This document shows positions 38,990-48,898 of a DNA stretch of 64,000 nucleotides, one piece after another. Within the stretch, counting starts at the first letter, position 1. The number at the start of each line of letters is the position of its first letter. The notes beneath the pieces were generated by a model that was not told where the DNA came from, searched no databases, and was given only the letters and a program-made list of their open reading frames with translations. Source of the stretch: a virus; IMG/VR virus record IMGVR_UViG_3300036760_001167, positions 42,511 to 106,510 of that record; one strand, written 5' to 3'. The translations under genes and the position numbers were made by a program.

Positions 38990-39472
38990 TCATGCGGCCC
39001 TCCTGTCCCGCTCGGCGACGACGCGCCTGTACAGCGGCGTCGACTCGAGCCACTCGACCGAGTCCATCTCGATGACGCTCGCGCTCCACTCTTCCCAGGA
39101 GCGCCAGGCGATGTCGTACGCGTGCGACGCCTCGTCGAAGATCGCCGGGCACGGCATGCTCCACCAGTACGCGAAGCGCAGCCGCGACGCGTGCCGCACC
39201 ATCCAGCGCTCGAGGTTGCGGACGTGGTCCGTCCCGAGGCTCGACACCTGCCGGCCGTTCCACGCGAGCCGCTGCTCGAACACGTCGTACGCGCTCGGCC
39301 CGTAGTGCGGCATCGGCGGGCGCTCCGCGACGCCGACCGCGCCGCGGCACGGGCAGCCCTCGACCTTGCAGCGGCCCAGGATCGTGACGGCCCAGTCCTC
39401 GTTCCCCGCGAGCTCCACCGGCTCGTGGTCGAGGAGCGCGTGCCCGCACGCGTGGTCGTCCGTGTCGATCAT
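38990..39472 (-). CDS. Hypothetical protein (actinophage-type)
   Basis: Codon bias; WLESTPL motif. Confidence 0.6.
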   Translation of the reverse strand: MIDTDDHACGHALLDHEPVELAGNEDWAVTILGRCKVEGCPCRGAVGVAERPPMPHYGPSAYDVFEQRLAWNGRQVSSLGTDHVRNLERWMVRHASRLRFAYWWSMPCPAIFDEASHAYDIAWRSWEEWSASVIEMDSVEWLESTPLYRRVVAERDRRAA

Positions 39473-39755
39473 CAGTCTCCCCTTCCCATGCCCATGTCGA
39501 CGGGCGGCTCGTCGGTGATGTCGACGGCCTCCTCGACCGTGATCGGCTTCTTGCGGCCCGGCACCGCCACGCGGCGGCGGCGCTGCTCGTACGCGCTCGT
39601 CTCCAGCGCCTCGTCCGGCGGCGGCGGCTCCTGGTCCAGCAGCGCCTCGAGCGCGACCTCGAACCGCGGCGCCGCGCGCGCGATCATGTCCATCTCGTCG
39701 GGCCGCAGCGGCCGCCCGAGCCGCTCGCGCCCCTCGTCCATCGCCTCCGCCAGGT

Positions 39756-42059
39756 TCACGACGCGCTCCCCATGATGCTGCCGTCGGCGGGCGGGTCGGC
39801 GACGCGGAAGGCGAGGTTGGCCTCCGCCAGGAACGCGGCGCGGTCGCCCTGGAGCAAGTAGCGGTACGCGTCCGCCTGGTCTCCCGCAGCGGCCGCGGCC
39901 GGCGCGTGGCTGCGGCAGTACGCGAGGCCTCCGGCGGGGTCGCGCGCGGCGCGCGTGCAGCCGGGCGCCCGGCACAGCGGGAGCGGGCTCGCGGCGCGGT
40001 ACGCGCGGACCGCCTCGACGCCGTCGGCGACCTCGTCCCAGTCGGCGAAGGGGTCGTTGTCCACGGTGTCGCCGCGCTGGACCACGACTGGCTCGCCGCA
40101 CTGCGGGCAGCACTGGTCACCGACCGCGGCGTTGGCGTGGGCGCAGCGGTCCGGCCCCCGCCGCAGGAAGCTCTCGGGGATGCCGTATACCTGCGCGATC
40201 TGCGCGGCCGTCAGGCGCCTGGTCCCGCCTGGCAGGAGGACCGACACGCCCGCGCGGGACGCCTCGGTGATCGCCTGCTCGTGGGCCAGGTTCACGTCGA
40301 ATCGCCGCGAGTAGGGGTCGAGCGGCGTGTTGTACTCCGCGGCCGATCGCCAGCGCCCGTCGATGTACCGGCCGGGCTCGCCCGCGTGCGGGTCCGGGAT
40401 GCCCGCCGCCACGAACCAGGGCTCGACCCGCTCGACCCGCGTGGGCCGAGGCCACGGCGTCTCGTTCAGGCCGTCTACCCGCGGCAGGCCGGCCTGCGTC
40501 GGGCACGAGAGCCGGTGCAGCGTCGACTCCGCCGCGCCGCAGCTCGCGCAGGCGGCGGACAGCGCGGCCCGCAGTGCCGTCGGGTCGCTCGTCCACTCCG
40601 TCTGCCCCGGGACGCGAGCCTCGAGCGGGCCCGGCGTCACGAGGCGGCGGAGCGGCGCGTGGCTCTGCCAGGTCGTGATCTCCTGCGCGTCGCTCTCCTG
40701 CCGGAACTCCATCCGCCGCAGGTCGGGCTCGTCGAACTCGACGCCGCGCCAGCGCAGCGCCTGGCGGCCGTCCTCGCCGACGGTCAGCGTGTAGTCCGGC
40801 CCGTCCGGCCGCGCGACCTCGGCCGCCGCCGTCGTGAAGGCGATGTCCGCGGCCGAGTAGTCCGGTACCAAGGGCGCGCCGAGCCCGCGCAGCAGCCGGC
40901 CGAAGCTCTCGTCGTGGATCTGCGCCGTGACGCGCAGCCCGTCCGCGTCGGCCTCGGCGCCGGTCACGCGGCCGACCGCGCGGCTCCTCCGGAGTCGCTC
41001 GTCCGCCTGCACCCGGTAACGCGGCTCGACGCTGTACCTGCGCGGGTCCGGGCGCCAGTCGTTGAGCATCTCGTCCGAGACAGGGACCATCGTCGCGAGG
41101 CGCCGCACGTCGTCCTCGGACGGCTCGCGCGCGAGCGCGCCGATCTGCTCCGTCAGCCGCTCCTGGTCCTCGAGCGCGCGGATCCGGTCGCGCAGCGCGT
41201 CGGCCTCGCGGATCACGTCGTCGACGTCGCCGGTCTCCTCGGGGCTGAGCGCGCCGGGGCGGGAGGAGACGTAGTCGTTCAGCGAGGAGACGCGCCCCTC
41301 GAGCTCGTACCGCAGGTACGCGAGCGGGCTCGCCGAGCGGCCGCGGCCGGCTGCGCCGAGCGGCTCGAAGGTCATGCCGTCCCCGAGCAGCGCGGTCCGC
41401 CCGCGGCCCGGCTCGCCGTAGCTCATGAAGCTGAGGCGCATCTGCCGGTCGATCGCCTCGTCCTCGCGGCGCCGCGTCCGGCGGGCCAGGGCCCGCGCGC
41501 GGCGGTCGCGCAGCCTCCGCACGAGGCCGCGGGACTCCGCGGCCGCAGGGAGCGGCGGGACCGCCGCCGGTAGCGGCGGGACCAGGAGCTCGTCCGACTC
41601 CGGGTAGTAGACCGGCGGGACGACTGCCCGCGCGTCCTGGAGCATGGCGCGGGCCTGGTCGCGCGTGAGCAGCCCGTGGTCCGTCATGAGGCTCCGCCTG
41701 AACGCGTCGCCGTCGACGGAGTACCGCGCGATGAAGTCGGCGTGGCGCCGCGCGGCTCCGAGCTCCGCCGCCGTCTGGACCGCGTCGGCACGCTCGTCCT
41801 CCGCGATCTGCGCCAGGACCTCGTCGCTCGGGCGGGCCTCGCAGGTCATGATGACCTCGACGCCAGCCGCGTTGCCCCACTCGTCGAGCCGGCCGATCGT
41901 CTGCACGTGCTTCCGGCCCTCGAGCTGGAGGCCCTCCGCCAGCTCCGCGCCGATCTTCTCGTTGAGCTCCATCATGACCGCGCGCGTCAGCACCTCGCCG
42001 CGCCGCGCCTCGTCGAGCGTGCGGTCGGGGATGACGACGGAGACCTTGATCTCGCTCAC
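39756..42059 (-). CDS. 767-aa mosaic protein built from short virion/packaging-protein-like motifs (candidate decoy)
   Basis: Intact, codon-biased ORF coupled to neighbours; motif list given in findings. Confidence 0.7.
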   Translation of the reverse strand: MSEIKVSVVIPDRTLDEARRGEVLTRAVMMELNEKIGAELAEGLQLEGRKHVQTIGRLDEWGNAAGVEVIMTCEARPSDEVLAQIAEDERADAVQTAAELGAARRHADFIARYSVDGDAFRRSLMTDHGLLTRDQARAMLQDARAVVPPVYYPESDELLVPPLPAAVPPLPAAAESRGLVRRLRDRRARALARRTRRREDEAIDRQMRLSFMSYGEPGRGRTALLGDGMTFEPLGAAGRGRSASPLAYLRYELEGRVSSLNDYVSSRPGALSPEETGDVDDVIREADALRDRIRALEDQERLTEQIGALAREPSEDDVRRLATMVPVSDEMLNDWRPDPRRYSVEPRYRVQADERLRRSRAVGRVTGAEADADGLRVTAQIHDESFGRLLRGLGAPLVPDYSAADIAFTTAAAEVARPDGPDYTLTVGEDGRQALRWRGVEFDEPDLRRMEFRQESDAQEITTWQSHAPLRRLVTPGPLEARVPGQTEWTSDPTALRAALSAACASCGAAESTLHRLSCPTQAGLPRVDGLNETPWPRPTRVERVEPWFVAAGIPDPHAGEPGRYIDGRWRSAAEYNTPLDPYSRRFDVNLAHEQAITEASRAGVSVLLPGGTRRLTAAQIAQVYGIPESFLRRGPDRCAHANAAVGDQCCPQCGEPVVVQRGDTVDNDPFADWDEVADGVEAVRAYRAASPLPLCRAPGCTRAARDPAGGLAYCRSHAPAAAAAGDQADAYRYLLQGDRAAFLAEANLAFRVADPPADGSIMGSAS

Positions 42060-42734
42060 CGCCCGCCTCCCCCGCCCCCGCGGATCCTCCAGGCGGCGAT
42101 CGCGAGCCAGCCCTCGGCCTTGCGCATGGCGCGGTCGGGGTCCTCCCCGTTCGCCGCGCGCTCGAGCTCGCGGCTGCCCGCGGCGATGACCCGGCTCGTG
42201 AGGCGCTCGCGGCGCCAGGCACGCAGGCGCGCCGTCACTGGCGCGCCTCCCACGCCTCGGCCATCTCGCGGATCGGCGGCAGCTCGTTGACGCACGCGCT
42301 CCCGCCGTTGAACTTGTTCATGGACTCGTCCCAGTCCCACTGCAACTGGCGGCCGTTCGGCGCGACGACGACGAGCACGCGGCCCTCGTCGTCCCAGGGC
42401 GTGGTCACCTTGACGTACCCGAAGCCCAGGTAGTCCGCGCGGTGCTGGCGCTCCTCCTCGATCGCCGCGGGCATCGCGGCGTCGTCGAGGATTACGGACA
42501 GCGTCGCGCGGCACTCCTCGAGGTAGACGTGCTGCATCAGCGACAGGTCGGCGTCCCCGCGGAACGTGCGCAGCTTGTCGCGCAGCTCGCGGAGCGCCTG
42601 CTGGGTGTAGCCGTTGTGGAGCTGCGAGGCGGCGGCGCGGTTGAGCGCCATCGACTCGCGCGTGATCCGCGGCTGGTCGTTGTCGACCATCTGCTCGACC
42701 ATCTCGTACTGCTCCTCCGTCAGCGCCACGATCC

Positions 42735-43178
42735 TCACGTCGTCCTCCTCTCGTTCGCGATGTTCCCGTCCCACGGCTTGCTCGACAGGTGCCAGCCACC
42801 GCACTCCGGGCACTCGTAGCAGCCCGTCTCGATGTGGCTGCGCCGGCGCTCGCCGTCCATCGCTCTCTTGATGATCCGCGCGAGCTCGCCCAGCGCGCCC
42901 TCCCTCGACTCGAAGCGGATCTTCCGCGCGCACGGGTCGTCGCCGAAGGTGCCGCGCCGCGCGGCGCTAGCGAGCGGCGCGACCGGCTCGTCCGGGTCGA
43001 TCGTCAGCTGGATCGCCCGGCCGCCGTCCACCACCTCCGCGCCCGTGATGCTCGCGCCGACGCGCGAGCCCTTCCACGCGACGACGGTCCGCGTGCCGAC
43101 GAGGCGCGCGGCGGAGCCGGGGAGGAAGAGGGTCGCCTCCCCGGCTGGGCACGTCATCTTGAAGGCGCGCTCGCTCAC
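42735..43178 (-). CDS. Two-module protein with C-terminal Zn-ribbon (C..K.RF...YECPECGGWHLS)
   Basis: Common phage C-terminal motif; N-terminus weakly resembles prohead protease. Confidence 0.6.
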   Translation of the reverse strand: MSERAFKMTCPAGEATLFLPGSAARLVGTRTVVAWKGSRVGASITGAEVVDGGRAIQLTIDPDEPVAPLASAARRGTFGDDPCARKIRFESREGALGELARIIKRAMDGERRRSHIETGCYECPECGGWHLSSKPWDGNIANERRTT

Positions 43179-43738
43179 GCGTCGGCGCCGTCCTCGGGCA
43201 CTGGCGGCAGCGCGTCGGTGGCCTCGGCGGCCAGGCGCTCTTGCGTGTCCGGCCACTCGCCGACGATCTCGGCGAAGGCCTGCGACTCGGCATCCGTCAG
43301 GTTCACGGGCTCCGGCTCCGGCCGCAGGAACGCGAGCCGGCCCTCCGCGCGCATGCGGCGGAACCGCCGCGGCGCGGCCAGGCGGAACAGGCTCAGCGAC
43401 CATGCCCGCGCGTCCTCCTCGCCGCCGATCGCGCCGGCCACGCCCGCCAGGTGCATCGCGTGGCGGTACTCGTGGAGCAGCGTCACGACGGAGAAGTGGT
43501 CCATGACGATCATGCCGCCCGGCCCCTGCGCCGGGACGAACGCGCCCAGAACGCTCAGCGGCGCGAACCGCACGAGCGGCTCCGGCATGCCGTACGCGGC
43601 GGACACGGTGGCAATCCACTTCTCGATGGCGCGGCCTTGCTCGTCCATGGTGCTGCGCCAGAGCTTCGCCCTGACGAGCTCGCGCGTGGCCATGACGACC
43701 TCGACGCGGATGTGCGGGTACTTCCGGCTGTAGCTCAC
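43175..43738 (-). CDS. Putative zinc metallopeptidase
   Basis: TLLHEYRH (HExxH) and downstream EEDA. Confidence 0.65.
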   Translation of the reverse strand: MSYSRKYPHIRVEVVMATRELVRAKLWRSTMDEQGRAIEKWIATVSAAYGMPEPLVRFAPLSVLGAFVPAQGPGGMIVMDHFSVVTLLHEYRHAMHLAGVAGAIGGEEDARAWSLSLFRLAAPRRFRRMRAEGRLAFLRPEPEPVNLTDAESQAFAEIVGEWPDTQERLAAEATDALPPVPEDGADA

Positions 43739-43950
43739 GTCAGATCCACTCCTTCTCTCTTCAGGGCCGCGCGCAGGTTGCGCCACGCCCTCGGGTCGGT
43801 GCGCCCCAGCGGGAACCGCTGGAGTATTCTGCCGTCGGGCCCGCGGAGCACGCCGTGCCCGCCGCCCGTCGGGTCTGGCTCGACGGTGCAGCCGTGCCGC
43901 ACCGCCTCCAGTATCACGCGGCGGACGCCGTCGTCGCGCGGCCGCCTCAC
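43735..43950 (-). CDS. HicA-like dsRBD-fold protein
   Basis: G..VE...GGGH..LRGPDG...DPRAWRNLRAALKR; 71 aa. Confidence 0.65.
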   Translation of the reverse strand: MRRPRDDGVRRVILEAVRHGCTVEPDPTGGGHGVLRGPDGRILQRFPLGRTDPRAWRNLRAALKREGVDLT

Positions 43951-44182
43951 AGGTCCCTCCACTCTTCCATCTCGAGCCAGTCCGCGAGGCCCTCCATGCC
44001 CGCGCGGTCCATGGCCATCGCGGCCTCGCGCACCGCGTCGACGAGCCGGCCGTGCTGCTCGTCCAGGCTGTCGTCCTTCGGGTCCTGCCCGCTCGCGCGG
44101 CAGAGGCGGATCCACACGGCCTCGCCGACGGCGGTGCCTCGCGACCAGCGCTCCTCGACGTCGAGGTCGACCGTGTCGGGCA

Positions 44183-45175
44183 TCACTCGACTCCCTCCCA
44201 CATGTCCGCCTCGACCAGCTCGTCCAGCGCCGGGTCCTCGTCCTTCGCGCGGCCGTAGACGTCGACGCCGTGCAGCATCCACATGTGGTCCACGTGGTCC
44301 TGGCGCTCGTCGAACGTGATGCCGCACCTGAAGCACTTCCAGCTCGTCAGGACCGGCGAGCCCCACGTCTGCGGGTCGCGGCGGGTGCGCGCCTTCGCGC
44401 GGGCCGCGGTTGCGTCGTGCGACGGCAGGACCAGCGTGGTCCGCGGCGCCGCGTAGACGATCGGCTCCGCGACGGGCGCGGGGTGGCCCGCGTGCTTCGC
44501 GGCCGCCGCGACCAGCGCGTCGAACAGCTCCTGCGAGCCGGGCTTCCCGCTCATCTCGGGGTGGAACTGGACGCCCACCATCCAGCCCTCGACCGACTCG
44601 ATGCACTCGACGACGCCGTCCGGCGACCAGCCCGTGGCGACGAACCCGGGCGCGACCTTCGCGACGGCCTGGTGGTGGATGCTGACGACGCTGCGCGTCA
44701 CCTGGCCGAACGCCTTGCGGAGCCGCGAGCCCTTCGCCGATCGCACGGCGTGGTCGTGGCCCAGGTGGTAGCGGCCCGTCTCCGGGTCGCCCTGGATGTG
44801 CTGGTTGAGCGTGCCGCCCATGGTCGCGTTCAGGATCTGCGCGCCGCGGCAGATTCCCAGGATCGGCAGGCCCTTCTCGACGGCGGCCTCGATGCAGAGC
44901 GTCTCGACGAGGTCGCGCAGCTCGTTCGGGTGCTGCGCCTGCTTGTGCGGCTCGGCGCCGTAGAGCGAGGGGCTGATGTCGCTGCCGCCCGTCAGGAGGA
45001 GCGCGTGGTAGCGGCCGCTCCTCAGCGCGGCGATCGCCTTCTCGTCAGCGTAGGCCATGCACTTCGGGTCGCCGCCCGCGCGCCGCACCTTGTGGTCGGC
45101 GTGGCCCAGGACAAGTACCCGCGTCCGCGGCCTCGCGGCCGCCTTCGCCTTCTTCGTCGCCTTCGCGCTGGTCAT
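44183..45175 (-). CDS. Class I glutamine amidotransferase (PuuD/peptidase C26-like) with C-terminal C2H2 finger
   Basis: LTGGSDI, LGICRGAQ, SIHHQAV, GVQFHPE; C..C...H....H. Confidence 0.88.
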   Translation of the reverse strand: MTSAKATKKAKAAARPRTRVLVLGHADHKVRRAGGDPKCMAYADEKAIAALRSGRYHALLLTGGSDISPSLYGAEPHKQAQHPNELRDLVETLCIEAAVEKGLPILGICRGAQILNATMGGTLNQHIQGDPETGRYHLGHDHAVRSAKGSRLRKAFGQVTRSVVSIHHQAVAKVAPGFVATGWSPDGVVECIESVEGWMVGVQFHPEMSGKPGSQELFDALVAAAAKHAGHPAPVAEPIVYAAPRTTLVLPSHDATAARAKARTRRDPQTWGSPVLTSWKCFRCGITFDERQDHVDHMWMLHGVDVYGRAKDEDPALDELVEADMWEGVE

Positions 45176-45429
45176 GCTCCCACTCCTTCTTCGTTGACGA
45201 TGGTGCACAGGCCGCCCTCTTCCAGCTCGCGGAAGAAGCGGTAGGACGAGGCGTCCTCGTGCATCGCGTGCTCGCTCCAGTTCCATGCTCGCTGCGCCAT
45301 CTCCCGGCGGAACGAGCCCTTGTCGCTCTCGTTCCACGACTCCTCGCGGAGCGCGAGCTCCATCTCGCGCCACGTCTCGCCGGTGAGGATGCTGCCGTCG
45401 GCGAAGATAACCGTCTTGGTCGCGGTCAT
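45172..45429 (-). CDS. Hypothetical protein in amidoligase operon
   Basis: RBS, translational coupling, codon bias. Confidence 0.6.
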   Translation of the reverse strand: MTATKTVIFADGSILTGETWREMELALREESWNESDKGSFRREMAQRAWNWSEHAMHEDASSYRFFRELEEGGLCTIVNEEGVGA

Positions 45430-45431
45430 GT

Positions 45432-46433
45432 TCACTCGACCTCCTCGAGCACCGAGCGGGTCGCGTCGAGCTGCGCCTGCAGCGTCGCCACGCGCGCCTC
45501 GACGGTGCCGCGCGTCTCGCCGCTCGTCTCGAACCTGAGCAGCCAGGACGCGTCCTCGGTGGTGAGGCCGAAGGGGATGAGGTCGGTGAGCATCTGGGTG
45601 ACGTCGGTGCCGCTGACGACGGCGCCTGCGAGCGCGCTCGCGAAGAGCGCCTGGCCGAAGCGGACCCACGCCGAGATCTTCTTGAAGTTGGTGGTGCCCG
45701 CGTGCGCCCTGACCTCGACGCTGCCGTGGCGCGGGTAGGCGTGCAGGTTGATGGAGCCGCGCGGGCCGACGGCGCCGATCGCGCGGAGGTCGCGGGCCCT
45801 CAGCAGCGCCGCGGTGCTCTCGCTCGTCCAGGCGGCGCAGTAGCTGTTGTTCCTACGGCTCGGCGCGACCATGCGGAAGATGAGGTCCTGGCGCTCGACG
45901 AACGCGATGACCTGCGCGCGGATCTCGTCGACGCCCTGCGCCCTCATGTCGTGGTGGACGTGCAGGCCGCACGAGCGGTTGACGGTCGCGCCGCAGTCGA
46001 CGAGGGCCTGGCAGACAAGCTGGAGCTGGGCGAAGCCGCTCTCGCCGCGGAGCTTGGGGCTGACCAGCTCGAGGCCGGCGCCGTTGACGCTGCAGTCGGT
46101 CTTGAGCTCCCAGTGCGAGCCGTTCGACGCGCGGTAGCCGTACACGTCGGCGTTGATCCCGACGCGCGCCAGCGCCGCGAGGATCTCGCTGCGCCCTGGG
46201 CCCGTCAGCTCAAGCTCCACGCCGAAGGCGCGGCCCTGGTTGGAGCGCCGCGCACTAGTGGTCGTGGTGCCGCGCTGCGTGCCGTTCGTCCTGTTGTAGC
46301 GGGCGCGGTAGCAGGGCTTGCAGTAGTTGACGAAGCGGCCGCTGGACATGTAGAAGTTCGCGCGCGTCGCTGGAAGCGAGCGCTGGCAGCCGCGGCAGGT
46401 CTTCGTCTCGGTGCTCTCGGTGAAGTCAGGCAC
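45432..46433 (-). CDS. Putative amidoligase (COOH-NH2 ligase, Amidoligase_2) with N-terminal Zn finger
   Basis: FGVELEL, DCSV, ELVSPKL, SCGLHVH, SVEVRAHAGT. Confidence 0.85.
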   Translation of the reverse strand: MPDFTESTETKTCRGCQRSLPATRANFYMSSGRFVNYCKPCYRARYNRTNGTQRGTTTTSARRSNQGRAFGVELELTGPGRSEILAALARVGINADVYGYRASNGSHWELKTDCSVNGAGLELVSPKLRGESGFAQLQLVCQALVDCGATVNRSCGLHVHHDMRAQGVDEIRAQVIAFVERQDLIFRMVAPSRRNNSYCAAWTSESTAALLRARDLRAIGAVGPRGSINLHAYPRHGSVEVRAHAGTTNFKKISAWVRFGQALFASALAGAVVSGTDVTQMLTDLIPFGLTTEDASWLLRFETSGETRGTVEARVATLQAQLDATRSVLEEVE

Positions 46434-46482
46434 TCTCTCGCCTCTCGCCTTGGAGCGCCCCCACGGCGCTCTCTATGCTTCT

Positions 46483-46578
46483 ATTATCGGCCCCGGCGGC
46501 CGATCGCCGCACCGGACCAAGGGCCGGAGTCGGCCCGCGGGCCGCCCTAGGCCGCAGGTCTAGTGTGGCGCATACTAG
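46483..46578 (-). promoter_or_regulatory. Conserved promoter cassette upstream of amidoligase
   Basis: GCCGATAAT plus CTAGTGTGGCGCATACTAG, as at 926-1021. Confidence 0.65.
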
Positions 46579-46699
46579 TCCGCCGGGCCTCGGGCGGCCG
46601 CCCACTCACCCGTGGGGCCGCCTTGTTCCGCTGCGCTGGCGGGGTCGGTCCCATCATCTCGGTGAACGGCCGCCCGACGCCTGCCGGGCTGCGCGGATC

Positions 46700-47077
46700 C
46701 TATCGTCTCGGCGGAGGCTTGTACACCCCTCCCACCAGGCGCGGCGCGTACTCCTCCGTCTGCCGCCAGTAGAGCGCCTCGCGCCCGTCGCTCAGGAGCA
46801 GCGTCGCGCGCTCGTAGAAGCCCGCGTTGACGCCCTCGAAGTAGTCGACCGCGGTGAGCTCGCTGCCCTCCAGCTCGATCAGCAGGCCCTCGGCCAGGCC
46901 GCCCTCGAGCGGCATCACGGTCAGGTAGCCGTTCGTCCCCTCGACGACGACGTGGTCCTCCACCGTCGCGGAGCCGACGTAGCGGTTGGCCATCGCCGTG
47001 TCGCTGAACCCGCGGCCCATCAGGTGCGCGAGCCTCGCGGGGTCGCGCAGCGTGCCGTAGGCGAAGACCAGGGTCAC
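46700..47077 (-). CDS. Gamma-glutamylcyclotransferase (AIG2-like)
   Basis: VFAYGTL...VDYFEG...YER. Confidence 0.85.
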   Translation of the reverse strand: MTLVFAYGTLRDPARLAHLMGRGFSDTAMANRYVGSATVEDHVVVEGTNGYLTVMPLEGGLAEGLLIELEGSELTAVDYFEGVNAGFYERATLLLSDGREALYWRQTEEYAPRLVGGVYKPPPRR

Positions 47078-48898
47078 AGCGCCCGCCGCCCCTCGAGGTA
47101 CTCGAGCAGGACGCCCAGGTTGACCGTGACCTCCGTCGACGAGTAGTGCTGCATGCCGCCGCGCATGACGGGCTGCGGGTGCAGGACCTCGGGGACGCGC
47201 GAGAAGGCGACGCGGGCCGCCTCGCGGTCGCTCGCCGCCTGGCTCGCGATCGCCCGGCGGCGGGCCTGCTCGACCTCCTCCGCGACGGCCTCGGCCCACG
47301 GCTTGTCCAGCTGGCCGAGCATCATCACTTCCGGGGCCCACTCCCCGGTCCGCCCGTTCTGCGTGGCGACCGCGACGCCGGACTTGTTCGGCGAGTACCC
47401 GCGGCCGGGCCCGTCGCTGACGGGGAAGAACCTGCCGGTGTGCGCCGTGCCGAACCGCCCCATGTACTCGCGGCTCTCGTCCCACGGCTCGGTCGCGACG
47501 ACGACCGCGCGGTACCCGCGCTTGGTGGCAACCTCGAGCCCGACCTCCAGGTCGCGGCGCTTCACGACGCCCGCCTCTCGTCGCGCGCCTGCGCCGCTGC
47601 CGGCTCGACGCAGTCCCAGTGGACGGGCATGCCCTCGACGCGGGGAGTCTGCGGGAGCACTGTGATCCCGCGCTCGCAGTACCCGCACGTCTCGGACTCG
47701 GCCGCCTTCTGCACGTAGTGCGCCTGAACCAGGTCGGCGAACACCGTCCGCCAGCCGATGCCGGAGGCGGGGTCGGTCACGACGCGGTTGCAGCCGGGGC
47801 ACGCGTCGGGGAACAGGCGCGTGTCGTGGTGCTCCGGCAGGCTCGCGACGCGGCGGAGGATCCCGGCCAGGTCGACCTTCCCCTCGAGCGGGCCGACGCC
47901 GTCGGTCTCGAGCCAGGAGTTCAGGGCGGCGATCGCCGCGGCTGCCTCGTCGAAGTCCCTCATCGCGCGCCTCCTTCCCAGTCGTGCTCCTCGCAGAGCT
48001 CGTGCAGCATCTCAAGCGCCTCGACGCGCGCGTCCTGCTCGTCTCGCTGCTCCTCGTCCATCTCAGCTCTCCTTCGTCTCGGGCCGCGGGTCCGCGGCGG
48101 TCTCGGTGCGGTTGGTGGCGTCCCAGGCCTCGACGCGCTGGCGCGCGAGCGAGCCGGTGCGGGTGCCCGCCAGGTCGGAGGCGGTGCGCTCGTCCTCACA
48201 GACTTCGCAGCCGTCCTCGTACTCGTCGGCGTGGCCCAGGTGCTCGCGCCTCGCCAGGTCGCGCCGGAACGCCTCGCGGGATCTCGCGCTCGTCGCGCTC
48301 GTCTGTCATCGGAGGGCCTCGCGCATCTCAGCCTCGGTGCAGCGGCACGCGTCCGCGGCGATGAGGAAGCCGAGCGCGTCGCGCCGGTCAGCCTCGATGC
48401 AGTGGAAGTCGTCGCCGAGCCCGGTGCGCGCCCCAGCGGTGGCCGCAGCAGCCGAGCACGCGATCGCTCCGCGCGTCGCTGGCCTGGGCCTTGCGGAAGT
48501 CGTAGCCGCTGCGCATCAGCTGACCGCCTTCGCGTCTTCCCCGAGGTCCTCGAGGTGGTGGCCGCGGCAGGGTGCTGGCGTTCCAGGTCACGATCTCGTT
48601 GCAGCATGCGGAGTAGCCCTGGTCGCCGGTGTTCAGGTCCTCGTAGTCCGTCGAGCCGCAGTTCTCGCAGTGCGTCTCGTTGATGGTGCAGCCGCTCGCG
48701 GTCACTTGAGGTCGCCCGCCTTCGCGACGAACTCCATGGCCGGGCGGTGCGGGCGGAAGACGTCGGCGCCGTCCGGGATCTGGACCGTGTCGCCGCAGTA
48801 GACCGAGGTCAGGACGAGCGGCGCGTAGCCGCGGACGATGCCGGAGACGACGTTGTCGCCGCGCTCGTCCGTCCACTTCGCGATCAGGTGGCGGTTCA

